A stretch of 64,000 nucleotides of DNA from an uncultured Verrucomicrobiae bacterium. GTDB taxonomy: Bacteria > Verrucomicrobiota > Verrucomicrobiia > Limisphaerales > JAFGQR01. Positions within the stretch are counted from its first letter, which is position 1. Each line of letters begins with the position of its first letter. Both the position numbers and the translations under genes were made by a program. The DNA lies in assembly GCA_963788655.1 (NCBI GenBank), contig CAWBHS010000102.1:41835-105834 (forward strand), in the 5' to 3' direction. Shown here one piece after another: positions 38,407 through 49,690 of the stretch. The notes under the pieces were generated by a model. That model searched no databases, was not told where the DNA came from, and worked only from the letters and a program-made list of their open reading frames with translations.

Positions 38407-39879
38407 TTACTCCCGGTATTGAATCAGCACCATGATGCCGGGCCAGTTGACTTCCATCCCGTGGACCATCTGGCCGTTGTACTTGGGAGTCATACCAGTC
38501 TTCAGGGTGTTCTCTCCGCGCACGAAGACGCTCAAGTCGGCAAAGGGAACCCGGTGAACGAAACAAGCGTAGCGCGGACCTTCGTGATCGAAAACCTTCT
38601 GGCCGTTCACAAATATCCCGTTCATGTAACCGGGACTCCAGCTTGACCAGACCAACTGGGCGGCGACGGCTTTCGTCGGATCGCCGGTGAGGTTGAATTT
38701 CTCTTCCTTTTCACCACTGCGGGTCACCCATTTCTTGGGAACGTCGTAAGGCTTGCACACTTCCACAGCGAACCCAGGACGATGCAGTTTCAGATTGGTC
38801 ACCGCCTCAGTGAAAAATGTTAGGCCAGTTTCGTCGGTGATGCGGGCGGCAAGTTGGACCGGCTCGGTTTGATCGGGCACCCAGGAGGTGTCCCAAATCA
38901 GTTCGTAAGGCTCCGTCTTCACCGTGCCCAGGTGATTGGTCAGCACGCCACGGAAATAGCGGCAGTGCCATTGCCGATATTTGCCATCACCTTCCAGATT
39001 CACGTCTTCGTAAAGACCGAGGAAGTCCACCCGTTGAATTGGGCCGGCGAGACTCTCAGCGATGGCCCGCAAGGTCACGCTCCGCCCCGGCATGCTACCG
39101 GCCGTCGGAGCGACCATTCGTCCGGTGGGGTGCTGCTTGCGAACCGGATCGTAGTAAATGCGGAAGTGGACGCCATAGATCAGGTTCTGGGGCCAGTTCC
39201 ACGGATGCTCCGGACTGACGTGCATTCGAAACGTGTTCCCCTGGCCCGTCTTCAGCTCGGCCAGCGGAATCGGCACTACGGGAAAAAGGTGATGCTGGTA
39301 ATCGGATGCAGGTTCAGGAATTTTCGCCGCTTCCGGCACGGCGTGCCAATCGTGATCGTTCACTTGGATGGCCAATCCGCGCGTGCCATCGTTCTGCCAT
39401 GCCGGGACTGTTGGCGCGACCTGATAAACTCCCGTCGCGCCTGTTCCCCTTTTGAACCGCCTCAATCCGCGAGCGGAACCCGACGATAAGCAATTGTCTC
39501 ACTGCGAGATGCTTCCCGCTCCGTCGTGAGCCGTGGAATGCAAAACGGTCTTGTTCGTTATGAAAATATTGTCGGCCGTGGACGCAATCATGCGACAAAG
39601 CACTTTCTCGATGACGATCTCGGCCTTGGTGGCATTCACCAAGTCGAAGTCGTGTGGCAGTTTGATGGCCCCCCCGCCATAATCAAGCCGTCCGCCCACC
39701 CGCATCGAACCGCCGGCGTCGCCGCCGGCGTTCGTCCATCGGTATTCGCGGAACACATCGCCGGGCTGGGGTTGAGCTGGCACTTTTCCCCCCAGTCCCA
39801 GCCATCCAACCGCAACCAGGAAAACCAGTAAGAAGCAGGGGCGCTCCAGCAGGGGCACGGAGATTTTGGCTGAGTTCAT
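38407..39879 (-). pseudogene. Secreted hypothetical protein (Ig-like domain) interrupted by a 201-bp insertion
   Basis: 5' part ends ...IEKVLC, 3' part begins DGTRGLAIQVN; removing 39393-39593 restores one ORF (LCHDGTRG). Confidence 0.8.
39393..39593. mobile_element. 201-bp insertion with no TIR and no target duplication
   Basis: Precise in-frame interruption of a gene; second copy at 30532-30692; extra hairpin GGCGCGAC...GTCGCGCC. Confidence 0.65.
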
Positions 39880-40153
39880 TTATCGATGAATGCTACGTTT
39901 CTACGTCCGCATTTCAATCAAATTGCCTGTCGTTGTTGACGTATCCATTCCATTGATCAACCGGGATATTTCGCGCCCCGCTGCAAGCGCCGACAGACGG
40001 CAGCCAGCGAAGCAAAAAGGCGGAGTGCGGACATGGTTTCATCAGGTCCGCCCGCTAACGGCGCCGGCGACCACGGGTTCAGGCAAGGGCACGGTTAATG
40101 GATTTCATCGTAAGTATTGGATTCTTTGAGGTTCACCACCTAGATTCACCCGC

Positions 40154-41275
40154 ATGACATTGCTGGCATTGCACGAGTTTCATCACGCACTGAACGCCCG
40201 ATTCACGGAAGTCAACGGCATGGAAGTCGTCAGACACTACGGGGATCCACGGTTGGAATACACCGCGTTACGCCAAAGTGCCGGAGTTTTGGACCTGAGT
40301 TTTCGGGGACGGATCTGCCTCACCGGGGCCGACCGCCAGCGTTTCCTGCACGGCCAGGTGACCAACAACATTTTGGATCTGGATACCGGCGAAGGCTGCT
40401 ATGCTGCCCTAGTGACGGCCAAGGGCAAGATGGAAAGCGATTTGAACGTCTATTGCCTGCCCGAGGAAATCCTGCTGGATTTCGAGCCGGGACTGACACG
40501 GGCAGTGTCTGACCGCTTGAAGAAGTATATCATCGCCGATGACGTGCAGGTGGTCGAGGTGGAACCGGAGCATGGGTTGTTGAGCGTGCAAGGGCCGCAA
40601 TCTGCCGCGGTTCTCCAAAGGCTTGGCCTTGACCTGCCGCTGCCATCGCAATTAATGACCGTAACGCAGACGGCGCAACCCACCCTGGGAGATATCTATT
40701 GTATCAACCAGCCGCGCGGGGCCACCCTCGGATTCGATCTCCTGGTGGCGACTCCGGCACTGGCGGCAGTCGCGGACCGGTTGCTGGCCGCCGCAAAGGC
40801 CATCGGCGGATGCGCTGGTGGTTGGGATGCCCTCGAAACGGTGCGCCTCGAAGCCGGCATCCCGCGATTCGGCGCGGACATGGACGAAACAAATCTGCCA
40901 CCGGAAACCGGTATTGAAAAACGGGCCGTCAGTTTCACCAAGGGCTGCTACATCGGGCAGGAGATCATCGCGCGGATTCGCACTTACGGTCAGGTGGCCC
41001 GGGCGTTGCGCGGCCTGCGCCTGGCGGATACGTTGCACGTATTACCGCGGAAAGGCGACCAGCTCCGCGTCGGTGACAAGGAAGTTGGCGCCATCACCAG
41101 CGCCGTGACCTCGCCCGGACTGAAAGCCAACATTGCCCTCGGTTACGTCCGTCGCGAGCACAATCAAGTCGGCACCGAGCTTGAGTTGGCGACTTCGGCC
41201 GGCCGCAGCCGTGCGCAAATCGTCTCCTTGCCGTTTACCAACGAGGCAGAGGCCGGAAGCAGAATTGGAAGCTGA
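40154..41275 (+). CDS. GcvT-fold folate-binding protein, YgfZ-like
   Basis: LDLSFRG, FLHGQVTN, RLEAGIP, SFTKGCYIGQE. Confidence 0.88.
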   Translation: MTLLALHEFHHALNARFTEVNGMEVVRHYGDPRLEYTALRQSAGVLDLSFRGRICLTGADRQRFLHGQVTNNILDLDTGEGCYAALVTAKGKMESDLNVYCLPEEILLDFEPGLTRAVSDRLKKYIIADDVQVVEVEPEHGLLSVQGPQSAAVLQRLGLDLPLPSQLMTVTQTAQPTLGDIYCINQPRGATLGFDLLVATPALAAVADRLLAAAKAIGGCAGGWDALETVRLEAGIPRFGADMDETNLPPETGIEKRAVSFTKGCYIGQEIIARIRTYGQVARALRGLRLADTLHVLPRKGDQLRVGDKEVGAITSAVTSPGLKANIALGYVRREHNQVGTELELATSAGRSRAQIVSLPFTNEAEAGSRIGS

Positions 41276-41325
41276 AATCCAACGTTTCTCTTTGCGCCCC
41301 ATCCTGGAACTGATCAAGATGCGGC

Positions 41326-42108
41326 ATGATCAGCGACTTAAAACCACCGTGCAAAACCTTCAAAGCGGATGACTTGGAAGTCCGAATTTACGATCATTCA
41401 ACCGACTTGGCTCACGCTGCCGCAGACGCTGCCCGGCAGGGTCTGCGACAAATCTTGAGCGAACAGGAGTCCGCCGCGGTGATTCTGGCCTCGGCCAATT
41501 CGCAGCTTGAATTCCTGGAAGCCCTCGTCGCGGCCGGCGGGCCGGACTGGTCGCGAATTACGTGCTTTCACATGGACGAGTATTTGGGCATCGACGCGTA
41601 CCATGCTGCCAGTTTCCGGAAGTTTCTGCGCGGGCGCGTGGAACAACGGATCAAACCACGCGCGTTTCATTTCCTCGCGGGTGATTGCCTGGAGCCGCTC
41701 GCGGAGTGCGCGCGCTACACGGAGTTGCTGATGGCGCAGCCCATCGACTTGTGTTGTCTCGGCATCGGCGAAAACGGGCACGTCGCGTTCAACGACCCGC
41801 CCGTGGCCGACTTCACCGATTCGCGCACGGTCAAGTTGGTCAAACTCGATCACGAATGTCGCCAGCAGCAAGTGGGCGAAGGGCATTTCCCCAATCTCGA
41901 TGCGGTGCCGCACTATGCCTTCACATTGACCATCCCCGCGCTCTGTTCAGCCAAACGGATGATTTGCATGGTGCCCGATCAACGCAAGGCCCAGGCGGTC
42001 AAAGCCACCCTGCAAGGGCCGGTCAGCACCACCTGCCCGGCGTCCATCTTGCGACAGCAACCGCACTGCACATTGTTCCTGGACCGCCCGGCGGCCAGTA
42101 TGCTGTGA
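41326..42108 (+). CDS. nagB: Glucosamine-6-phosphate deaminase family
   Basis: FHMDEY, LGIGENGHVAFNDP, TLTIP, CPASIL. Confidence 0.8.
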   Translation: MISDLKPPCKTFKADDLEVRIYDHSTDLAHAAADAARQGLRQILSEQESAAVILASANSQLEFLEALVAAGGPDWSRITCFHMDEYLGIDAYHAASFRKFLRGRVEQRIKPRAFHFLAGDCLEPLAECARYTELLMAQPIDLCCLGIGENGHVAFNDPPVADFTDSRTVKLVKLDHECRQQQVGEGHFPNLDAVPHYAFTLTIPALCSAKRMICMVPDQRKAQAVKATLQGPVSTTCPASILRQQPHCTLFLDRPAASML

Positions 42109-42134
42109 CTTCCGCCAGCCCTTCCCAATCTGGC

Positions 42135-42206
42135 GTAGCGGCGCCTCGGCAAGGCGCCACAAACGTTCTTTGATCAAGAGTGCGGCGCTCTGCCGAGACA
42201 CCGCAC
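42135..42206. repeat. REP family E pair
   Basis: GTAGCGGCGCCTCGGCAAGGCGCCAC ... GTGCGGCGCTCTGCCGAGACACCGCAC. Confidence 0.7.
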
Positions 42207-42311
42207 GATTCAGCGCTCGCTGCGAACTCCTCCATCCGGTCTGCCGGCAAAATGCCGGCAGCACGTTCAGGCTTGTTGATTTGCCTGGGCTGCGATTAAC
42301 TTGGCTTGGTT

Positions 42312-43929
42312 ATGACCGAAATTAAGAAACCTCGCGTGCGGGTACGGGAAGCCAGTCACAAGGACGTTCCAGCGTTGGTGGCGCTCAATCGCGCCGCGTA
42401 TCCCACGCTGGCGGAGGACAATGTGGTGTGGGGCGAATCGCATCTGGCCAGCCATCAGCGAGTTTTCCCCCGGGGCCAGTTGGTGGCTGAAGTCCGCGGC
42501 CGGATCGTGGGGGCCGCCGCTTCGTTGGTCGTAAGCCTGGGATCCGAGTCCCTGCGGTTCCACACGTGGGCGGGGATTACCGACAGCGGTTATTTCACCA
42601 ATCACGATCTGCAAGGGGATACCTTGTATGGCGCGGATGTGTATGTGCATCCCGAATGCCGGGGCTTGGGCATCGGCGCAGGCGCTGTATGAAGCGCGAC
42701 GCCAATTGTGCCGCCGGTTGAATTTGCGCCGCATTCTCGCCGGCGGCCGGTTGTGGAATTACAGCGATTACGTGGACAAGATTCCCCCGAGGAATACGCC
42801 CAGCGCGTCGTGGCGGGAGAGCTTCGCGACCTGGTGCTCAGTTTCCAACTCAAGAGGGATTTGTCCTGCGCGGGGTGATGCCCAATTATCTGCGCGATGC
42901 TCGCAGCCGCAATTACGCCAGCCTCATCGAATGGCTGAATCCGGATTACCAGCCACCGCCGACCGGCGCGCGCAAAGTGCGGGTGGCATGTGTCCAATAT
43001 CAGATGCGCAAGGTGGCATCCTTTAGCGAGTTCGCCCGGCAGGTGACGTACTTCGTGGACGTGGCTGCCGATTACCAGTCGGACTTTGTGCTGCTGCCCG
43101 AGTTGTTCACGCGTGCAACTCCTGTCGCAGGCTGGACGCCTTGTCACCGCAGGAAGGCATGAAGAAACTGGCGGGCTACACCCATCGCTTCAAGAAATTG
43201 ATGAGCAGCCTGGCGGGCAAATTCGGGGTCACCATCATTGCCGGCAGCCATCCGGTGTTCAAAGATGACAAACTGCAAAACATCGCGCACGTCTGTCTGC
43301 CGGACGGTAGTATCATCGAACAGCCCAAACTGCACATCACGCCGAACGAACGCAAATGGTGGGGCATCAGCGGCGGGCGCTATGTTACGGTGATCGACAC
43401 CCCGAAAGCCAAGATCGGCGTGTTGATCTGTTACGATGTTGAGTTCCCCGAAGCGGTGCGTTATCTCGCCGATGAAGGGGTGGAAATTCTGTTCGTACCG
43501 TTTTGCACGGACAACCGCCAGGGCTATTTGCGGGTGCGCTACTGCGCGCAGGCGCGGGCCATCGAGAACCAGATCTACGTGGCACTGGCCGGCAACGTCG
43601 GGAACCTGCCGGACGTCACCAACATGGATGTGCAATACGGCCAGGCCGCGGTGTTGACACCCTCCGACTTCGCGTTTGCGCGGGACGGCATTGCCGCTGA
43701 AGCGGATTCCAACGAAGAAACCGTGTTGGTTTGCGATCTCGATCTCGATGATTTGAACGACTCCCGCTGTTCGGGCACGGTGACGCCGCGCCTGGATCGC
43801 CGTCCCGATCTGTTCCAATTCAACGCCACGTTTCCCGGGGCCGCCAAACCCCAGGCCAATCTGGCCGACGGCCCGCTGGGTGATCAGCGTCAACTGCCGC
43901 CGGATCTGCCGACAGACGATGAATCATAA
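42312..43929 (+). CDS. GNAT acetyltransferase / carbon-nitrogen hydrolase fusion (several indels)
   Basis: YGADVYVHPECRGLGIG; LLPELF, QPKLHITP, ICYDVEFPE, ARAIENQ (E-K-C triad). Confidence 0.85.
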
Positions 43930-43960
43930 AAAAGCCGCTCCGGTGATCCGGAGCGGATTT
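43928..43960 (-). terminator. Intrinsic terminator between convergent genes
   Basis: CCGCTCCGG-TGAT-CCGGAGCGG stem with A-tract on the left (U-tract for the ppdK transcript). Confidence 0.7.
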
Positions 43961-44042
43961 GAATGATTTCGCGGCGTCCTGCGGGATGCAAATCAGGGCG
44001 GCGCACCGGCGCCGCCCTACCATAACAGACGCGCGAAGAAGC

Positions 44043-46834
44043 TTAGCGCTTGCCTTTCTTTTTGGCAGCTTTCTTGGCGGGTTTGGCCGCAACGTCTTCC
44101 AAGGCCGCTTGCGCGGCGGCCAGGCGGGCCACCGGCACGCGGAACGGCGAGCAGCTCACGTAGGTGAGGCCGAGCTCGATGGCAGAACTTCACGGAGTCG
44201 GGATCGCCGCCGTGTTCGCCGCAGATGCCGAGCTTGATGTCCGGGACGGGTCTTGCGGCCCTTTTCGACGGCGATCTTGCATGAGCTGGCCGACGCCGGT
44301 CTGGTCGATCGTGGCGAACGGGTTCTTCTTCACGATTTCCGTTCCTGGTAGGCGCGGCAGGAAGGAGCCGGAGTCGTCGCGGCTCATGCCGAGGCAGGTC
44401 TGCGTGAGGTCGTTGGTGCCGAAGCTGAAGAACTCGCGCGGTCTGCGCGATTTCGTCGGCGGTGAGCGCGCCGCGCGGCACTTCGATCATGGTGCCGACG
44501 AGGTAGTTCGAGCTTCACCTTCTTCTCCGCCATGACTTCCTTGGCGACGCGGTGGACGATTTCGACCTGGAGATCGAGTTCCTTCTTGAAGCCGACCAGC
44601 GGGATCATGATTTCGGGCTTCACCTTGATGCCCTTCTTGCTGCACTTCGGCGGCGGCTTCGAAGACGGCGCGGGCCTGCATCTCGGTGATTTCCGGATAG
44701 ACGATGCCGAGACGGCAGCCGCGGAAGCCGAGCATCGGGTTGAACTCGTGCAGTTCGCTCGACGCGCTGCATGATCTTCTCGACCGGCACGCCCAGTTTC
44801 TCGGCGAGGTCCTTCTGCTGCGCCTTCGTCGTGCGGCAGGAATTCGTGCAGCGGCGGATCGAGGAAACGGATGGTCGCCGGGAAGCCTTTCAGCGCCTTG
44901 AAGATGCCGACGAAGTCTTCCCGCTGGTACGGCAGCAGCTTGGCCAGCGCCGTCTTCCGGTCCTCGACGTTGTCGGCGAGGATCATCTCGCGCATCGCGT
45001 CGATGCGGTCGCCTTCGAAGAACATGTGTTCGGTGCGGGTAGAGGCCGATGCCGTTGGCGCCGAACGCGACGGCGTTCGCGGTCTGCTCCGGCGTGTCGG
45101 CGTTGGTGCGGACCTGCAGCGCGGCTGACCTTGCGAGCACCAGTCCATCAGCTGCTGGAACATCTTGATAGGTCTCGCTCTTCTTGCGCGGTCAGTGTTG
45201 CTCGTCGAGCAACCGTGAATGATCTCGGACGGCGGCGGTCTTGAGCTCGCCGGCATAGACGTTCGCCGGCGGTGCCGTCGATGGAGAGGAAGTCGCCTTC
45301 CTTGAAGGTCTGCGCCGTCCACGGTGACGGTCTTGGTCGTCGTAATCGATCTGCAAGCGCCGCGGCGCCGCAGACGCAGACCTTGCCCATCTGGCGGGCG
45401 ACCAGCGCCGCGTGCGAACTGACGCCGCCTTTGGCGGTCAGGATGCCTTCGGCGGCGATCATGCCGCGCAGGTCTTCGGGCGACGTTTCAATGCGGACGA
45501 GGAGCACTTTCTCGCCCTTGGCGGCGGCGGCGTCCGCGCGGTCGGCGTTGAGATAAATCTTGCCGGAGGCGGCGCCGGGACCGGCGGGCAGACCCTTGGC
45601 GATGCACTTGGCGGCTTCTTGACGGCTTCGCGGTCGAAGACGGGCGCGAGCAACTGGTCGAGCTGGTCGGCCGGGTTACGCGCGTGATGGCGGTCTTCCA
45701 GTCGATGAGCTTCTCCTTCACCATGTCGATGGCAGAACTTGAGCGCGGCGAGCGCCGGTGCGCTTGCCGTTGCGGGTCTGGAGCATGAACACCTTGCCGT
45801 CCTGGATGGTGAACTCGAAGTCCTGCACGTCCTTGAAGTGCTTTTCGAGGGTCTTGCGGATGCTTTCCAGTTCCTTGAAGGCCTTCGGGCATCTGGTTCT
45901 TGAGCTGCGCCACGGGTTCGGGCGTGCGCACGCCGGCGACGACGTCTTCGCCCTGGGCGTTGATGAGGAATTCGCCGTAGAAATCTTTCTCGCCGTTGGC
46001 CGGGTTGCGGGTGAACGCGACGCCGGAACCGGAGTTGTCGCCGGTGTTGCCAAAGACCATCGCCTGCACGTTGACGGCGGTGCCCCACTCGGAGGGGATG
46101 TTGTATTTGCGGCGATAGACGATCGCGCGGTCGTTCATCCAGGAACCGAACACGGCGCCGGCGGCGCCCCAGAGCTGCTTCCACGGATCCTGCGGGAACT
46201 CCTTGTCCGGTGCGTTCCTTGATCAGCGCCTTGAAACGGTTCGACCAGCTCCTTGAGGTCATCCGCGGTCAGTTTGGTGTCCTCGATGTCCGCGTGATAA
46301 CGCTCGTGCTTGAAGCCGTGGATGACCGTCTTCGAACGGTTCGTGGTCTTCGCCGGCGCGCTTCTGCACGCCCATGACCACGTCGCCATACATCTGGATG
46401 AAGCGGCGGTAGCAGTCCCAGGCGAACCGCTCGTTGTTGGTGGCCTTGGCCAGCGCCAGCACCGTCTGGTCGTTGAGGCCGAGGTTGAGGATGGTGTCCA
46501 TCATGCCGGGCATCGAATCGCGCGCGCCGGAGCGGACGGAGACGAGCAGCGGCATGGCCTTCGTGTCGCCGAACTTCGTGCCCATGATCTTCTCGATGTG
46601 CGCGACGCCGGCTTTCATCTGCGCCTCGAGTTCCTTGGGATAGGTCTTCTTGTTGTCGTAGTAGTAGGTGCAGACCTCGGTGGTGATGGTGAATCCCGGA
46701 GGCACGGGCAGGCCGATGCGGGTCATTTCGGCGAGGTTGGCGCCCTTGCCGCCGAGCAGCGGTTTCATCGAGCCGTTGCCATCGGCCTTCTTATTTCCGA
46801 ACAGATAAACGTATTTATTTGATTTTTTGGCCAT
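44043..46834 (-). CDS. ppdK: Pyruvate, phosphate dikinase (more than ten indels)
   Basis: [59 protein letters not shown]. Confidence 0.93.
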
Positions 46835-47010
46835 AAAAGTCCGTGCAAGTCATCTTCTGCCGGAGCGATTCCGGCAAATTGAGGGGCGAGAGTACCAAAG
46901 GCGATCAACGTGTCAACGGGAGAGTTGGTGACCGTTTGGGTGGCTGGTGGAAAAATGGGCTGAATTGACACCAAAGGCCAAAAAACGGCAAACAATTAGC
47001 AACGATTGGA

Positions 47011-47282
47011 AATGACCAATGACCAACCCCCAAGGAACAAAGAAGGACCAATACTCAATGACCAACGGACCGGCTGCTGGCGTTGCCGCGACTGCGTTTT
47101 AGAGTGCGGCAGGCCTCTGCCGTTTTTGAGGGCACGTTGTTATTCGATAGCGGCAGAGGACTACCGCTCTTCAAAACCTGGCGGCATTGCGCAGGCCTGC
47201 GAGTGAAAACATGTCGTCCCGTCAACATTGAAACTTGGGATTTGGCCATTCCATGGTCATTGGTGATTGGTCATTGGTCATT
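47011..47282. repeat. Inverted heptamer (AATGACC)n arms with nested family-B-like REP pair (47087-47183)
   Basis: AATGACCAATGACCAA at 47011 and TTGGTCATTGGTCATT ending 47282. Confidence 0.7.
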
Positions 47283-47414
47283 GCCAAAAGAACGCTCCCC
47301 TTCCCCCATCGTCCCCAAAAATGGCCGGGGAGAGGTCACCCTCTCCCCGGGAACCACCCTTGCGTCTGTTTTTAGTCCTACTTAAAGGAAACTGTAGCGG
47401 GTGGGTGTTGGCGC

Positions 47415-48101
47415 CTAGGCGGCGGCTTCGTGATGCACCCAATGAAAGGCGTGCTGCACCAGTTCGGTGCTGTTCTTCAAATTCAACTTGCTCTTAATGT
47501 ACTCGCGGTAGGCTTCCACGGTGCGCACACTCAGGTGCAGTTCGCCGGCAATCTGGCGGGTGCTGCGCCCTTCGCCAATGAGGCGAAAGACTTCCAGTTC
47601 CCGGTCGGTGAGATATTCGATGGGCGAAGTTACCACCTTGGCGCGGCCATTGGCCATTTGCTGGAGCATCTTGGCCTGCATCTTGTCGCTCAGGTAAATC
47701 TCGCCGGTCACCACTTTACGAATGGCCACCAACACCTTTTCCGTAGCTTCCTCCTTCATGATGTAGCCCCGGCTGCCTGCACGGAGTGCCCGCTCGGCGT
47801 AAAGCGATTCATCGTGCATGGACAGCACCAGCATCGGCATGTCCGGGAAGCGGGCTTTGATGTTCTTGACCAATTCGATGCCGTTGCCGCCTTTGAGCGA
47901 AATGTCCACCAGGACGACGTCCGGATTCTGTTCGCACACGGCGGAAAAGGCATTGGGCGAATCCTCGGCCTGGCCGCAGACGGTCATGTCGGCTTCCAGG
48001 TTAATCAGTTGGGCCAAGCCCTGGCGCAGGATGGGATGGTCATCGACCAGCATGACACGAAGCTTGGGTTTGCGCAGCACAGGATGGGTTTTGTTTTGCA
48101 T
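47415..48101 (-). CDS. NarL/LuxR family response regulator
   Basis: LVDDHP, VDISL, LSMHDE, GYIMK, LTDRELEVF HTH. Confidence 0.93.
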   Translation of the reverse strand: MQNKTHPVLRKPKLRVMLVDDHPILRQGLAQLINLEADMTVCGQAEDSPNAFSAVCEQNPDVVLVDISLKGGNGIELVKNIKARFPDMPMLVLSMHDESLYAERALRAGSRGYIMKEEATEKVLVAIRKVVTGEIYLSDKMQAKMLQQMANGRAKVVTSPIEYLTDRELEVFRLIGEGRSTRQIAGELHLSVRTVEAYREYIKSKLNLKNSTELVQHAFHWVHHEAAA

Positions 48102-48120
48102 ACCAACAAACGCTGAAGGT

Positions 48121-49275
48121 TCAGTTTACAGATTGGGTTCGAAATTCGTCCAGTGACTCACGAAAGCGACAACACACGGAGGTGCTTTTGCCGGGCTGGG
48201 ATTGGATCTCCAGGGTGCCGCCAATTTTTTGGGCGCGATACGTCATGATGCGCAAGCCGAGTCCCTTGCGGCCGTTTTGCTCCAGGGAAAATCCCTGGCC
48301 ATCGTCTAGCAACGTCAACACCATCCAGTCGCCCGCGCGCTTCATTGAAACCGAAATCGTTTTAGCTTTGCCGTGGCGCACGGAATTGCTGATGGCTTCC
48401 TGCGCCAAACGGAACAAATGGAGCGCGGCGTTTTTGTTGGTGATGTCAACGGTTTCGTCGGCCTCAACGGTACAGGTGATGTTGTAAATCTGTTGCACCC
48501 GGTCGGCCAATTCGCGGAACGCGGGGATGAGCCCGTTGGACTCTAGCTCGACCGGAAACAGCCCCCGCGCCAGACTGCGCGTTTGCGAGAGCGCCTGCAT
48601 CACCAACTGGTTGATTTCCCCCGCCTCAGTGGCTTCGGGTAGCGACTGCGCGGCCAGTTTCCGTTCCAACGCTTTCGCCAAAAAAGTGATGCCGGTCAAA
48701 TGCTGGCCCAGGCCGTCGTGGAGATCCTGCCCGATGCGCATCTGTTCGCGGTTGCTGATTTCGAGCAGTTCTTTTTCCAGGTACGTGCGATCGGTAACAT
48801 CCCGCACCAGTGCAATCACTTGGTCAGTGTCATACACGGCCAAACGGGCTTCAAAATGCCGCACGCCATTCCGCATCTGCAACTGGTATGACGCAATTTG
48901 AGTGTGCCCGGTACGCCCGGCCTTTTCCAGGTAATGCATGGCCTGGAGACTGATTTGCGACGGCAGTAGCTCGCGAATGGATTTGCCCACCAATCCGTCG
49001 CTGGAGAGGAGATAATCGCTGTCGGGCGGGGAATGAAACTCCAGGACGACGCCCTGTTTGGAAACTACGAAGATCAATTCCGGAATCGTGTCGAGCAGGG
49101 CCTGGCGTTTGCGTTCGCTTTGGTACAGGATGGCTTCCGCCTGCTGGTCCGCCTCGGTGGTGGTCGGCGATGGGCGATACACTTCCGTCTGAGTCGGCGC
49201 GGACAGTCTTAAGGTCCGCCCCGCCGCGGAACGGCTGATCAACTTGGTCGTGTTTGAAGCCATTGTCGCTTGCAT
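48121..49275 (-). CDS. PAS-domain sensor histidine kinase (HisKA_3); start uncertain
   Basis: DTIPELIF PAS, DLHDGLGQ, QEAISNS.RHG, DDGQGF, GLGL. Confidence 0.9.
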   Translation of the reverse strand: MQATMASNTTKLISRSAAGRTLRLSAPTQTEVYRPSPTTTEADQQAEAILYQSERKRQALLDTIPELIFVVSKQGVVLEFHSPPDSDYLLSSDGLVGKSIRELLPSQISLQAMHYLEKAGRTGHTQIASYQLQMRNGVRHFEARLAVYDTDQVIALVRDVTDRTYLEKELLEISNREQMRIGQDLHDGLGQHLTGITFLAKALERKLAAQSLPEATEAGEINQLVMQALSQTRSLARGLFPVELESNGLIPAFRELADRVQQIYNITCTVEADETVDITNKNAALHLFRLAQEAISNSVRHGKAKTISVSMKRAGDWMVLTLLDDGQGFSLEQNGRKGLGLRIMTYRAQKIGGTLEIQSQPGKSTSVCCRFRESLDEFRTQSVN

Positions 49276-49515
49276 TGTTGCGCCGCATTCGTCGCGAACG
49301 CTCGTTACCATTCCCAATCGGTTTTTTCAGTAGGACACTTAACCTCGAGATTTCGCAACCACCGTCTCCGCCGACTGACGCAGGCGGCCCCCGATGCATC
49401 CAAGCGCACTCCAGTTCATGCTCCCCAAACACCCAATTGCTCCTTCCCTTTCCTCCCGTGGCCCCGGAGTGGGGGGATGGGAAGTTCGCGCCCTTCAGGA
49501 ACGGCTCTTCCCCGG

Positions 49516-49653
49516 TCGCGCCAGCGTTTGGAGGGAGTTCGGTTTGCCGGCGCTTTCGCGTGGAGAATAACCTTCCAGTTCGTACGCACGTTGTAATTGT
49601 CTTGGCTCGCCCCACGTCAAACGAAAGCGGGACAGGAGCGAATCCTGTCCCGC
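49516..49653. repeat. REPIN family B, copy 2 (right arm altered)
   Basis: TCGCGCCAGCGTTTGGAG...GCCGGCGCTTTCG...AAACGAAAGCGGGA. Confidence 0.7.
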
Positions 49654-49690
49654 GCATTTGGAGAACGTTTTCCTAATCAGAGCTGCCGCT

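Noticed and set aside
39394..39594. Group I or II intron (one boundary choice gives U|...G|)
   Set aside because: No convincing P7 pairing or GUGYG/AY ends, and the second copy lies antisense at a gene start. Only RT-PCR could exclude it fully.
40020..40092. Glycine-riboswitch-like sequence before the GcvT-fold gene (GGAGTG...TCAGGCAAGG)
   Set aside because: The conserved GCCGAAG and CUCU elements are missing, the protein is YgfZ-like, and a promoter appears to sit right before the ATG.
30688..46834. Programmed frameshifting or mass pseudogenisation
   Set aside because: Single-base indels are scattered without slippery motifs and the protein motifs are otherwise intact, which fits long-read error.
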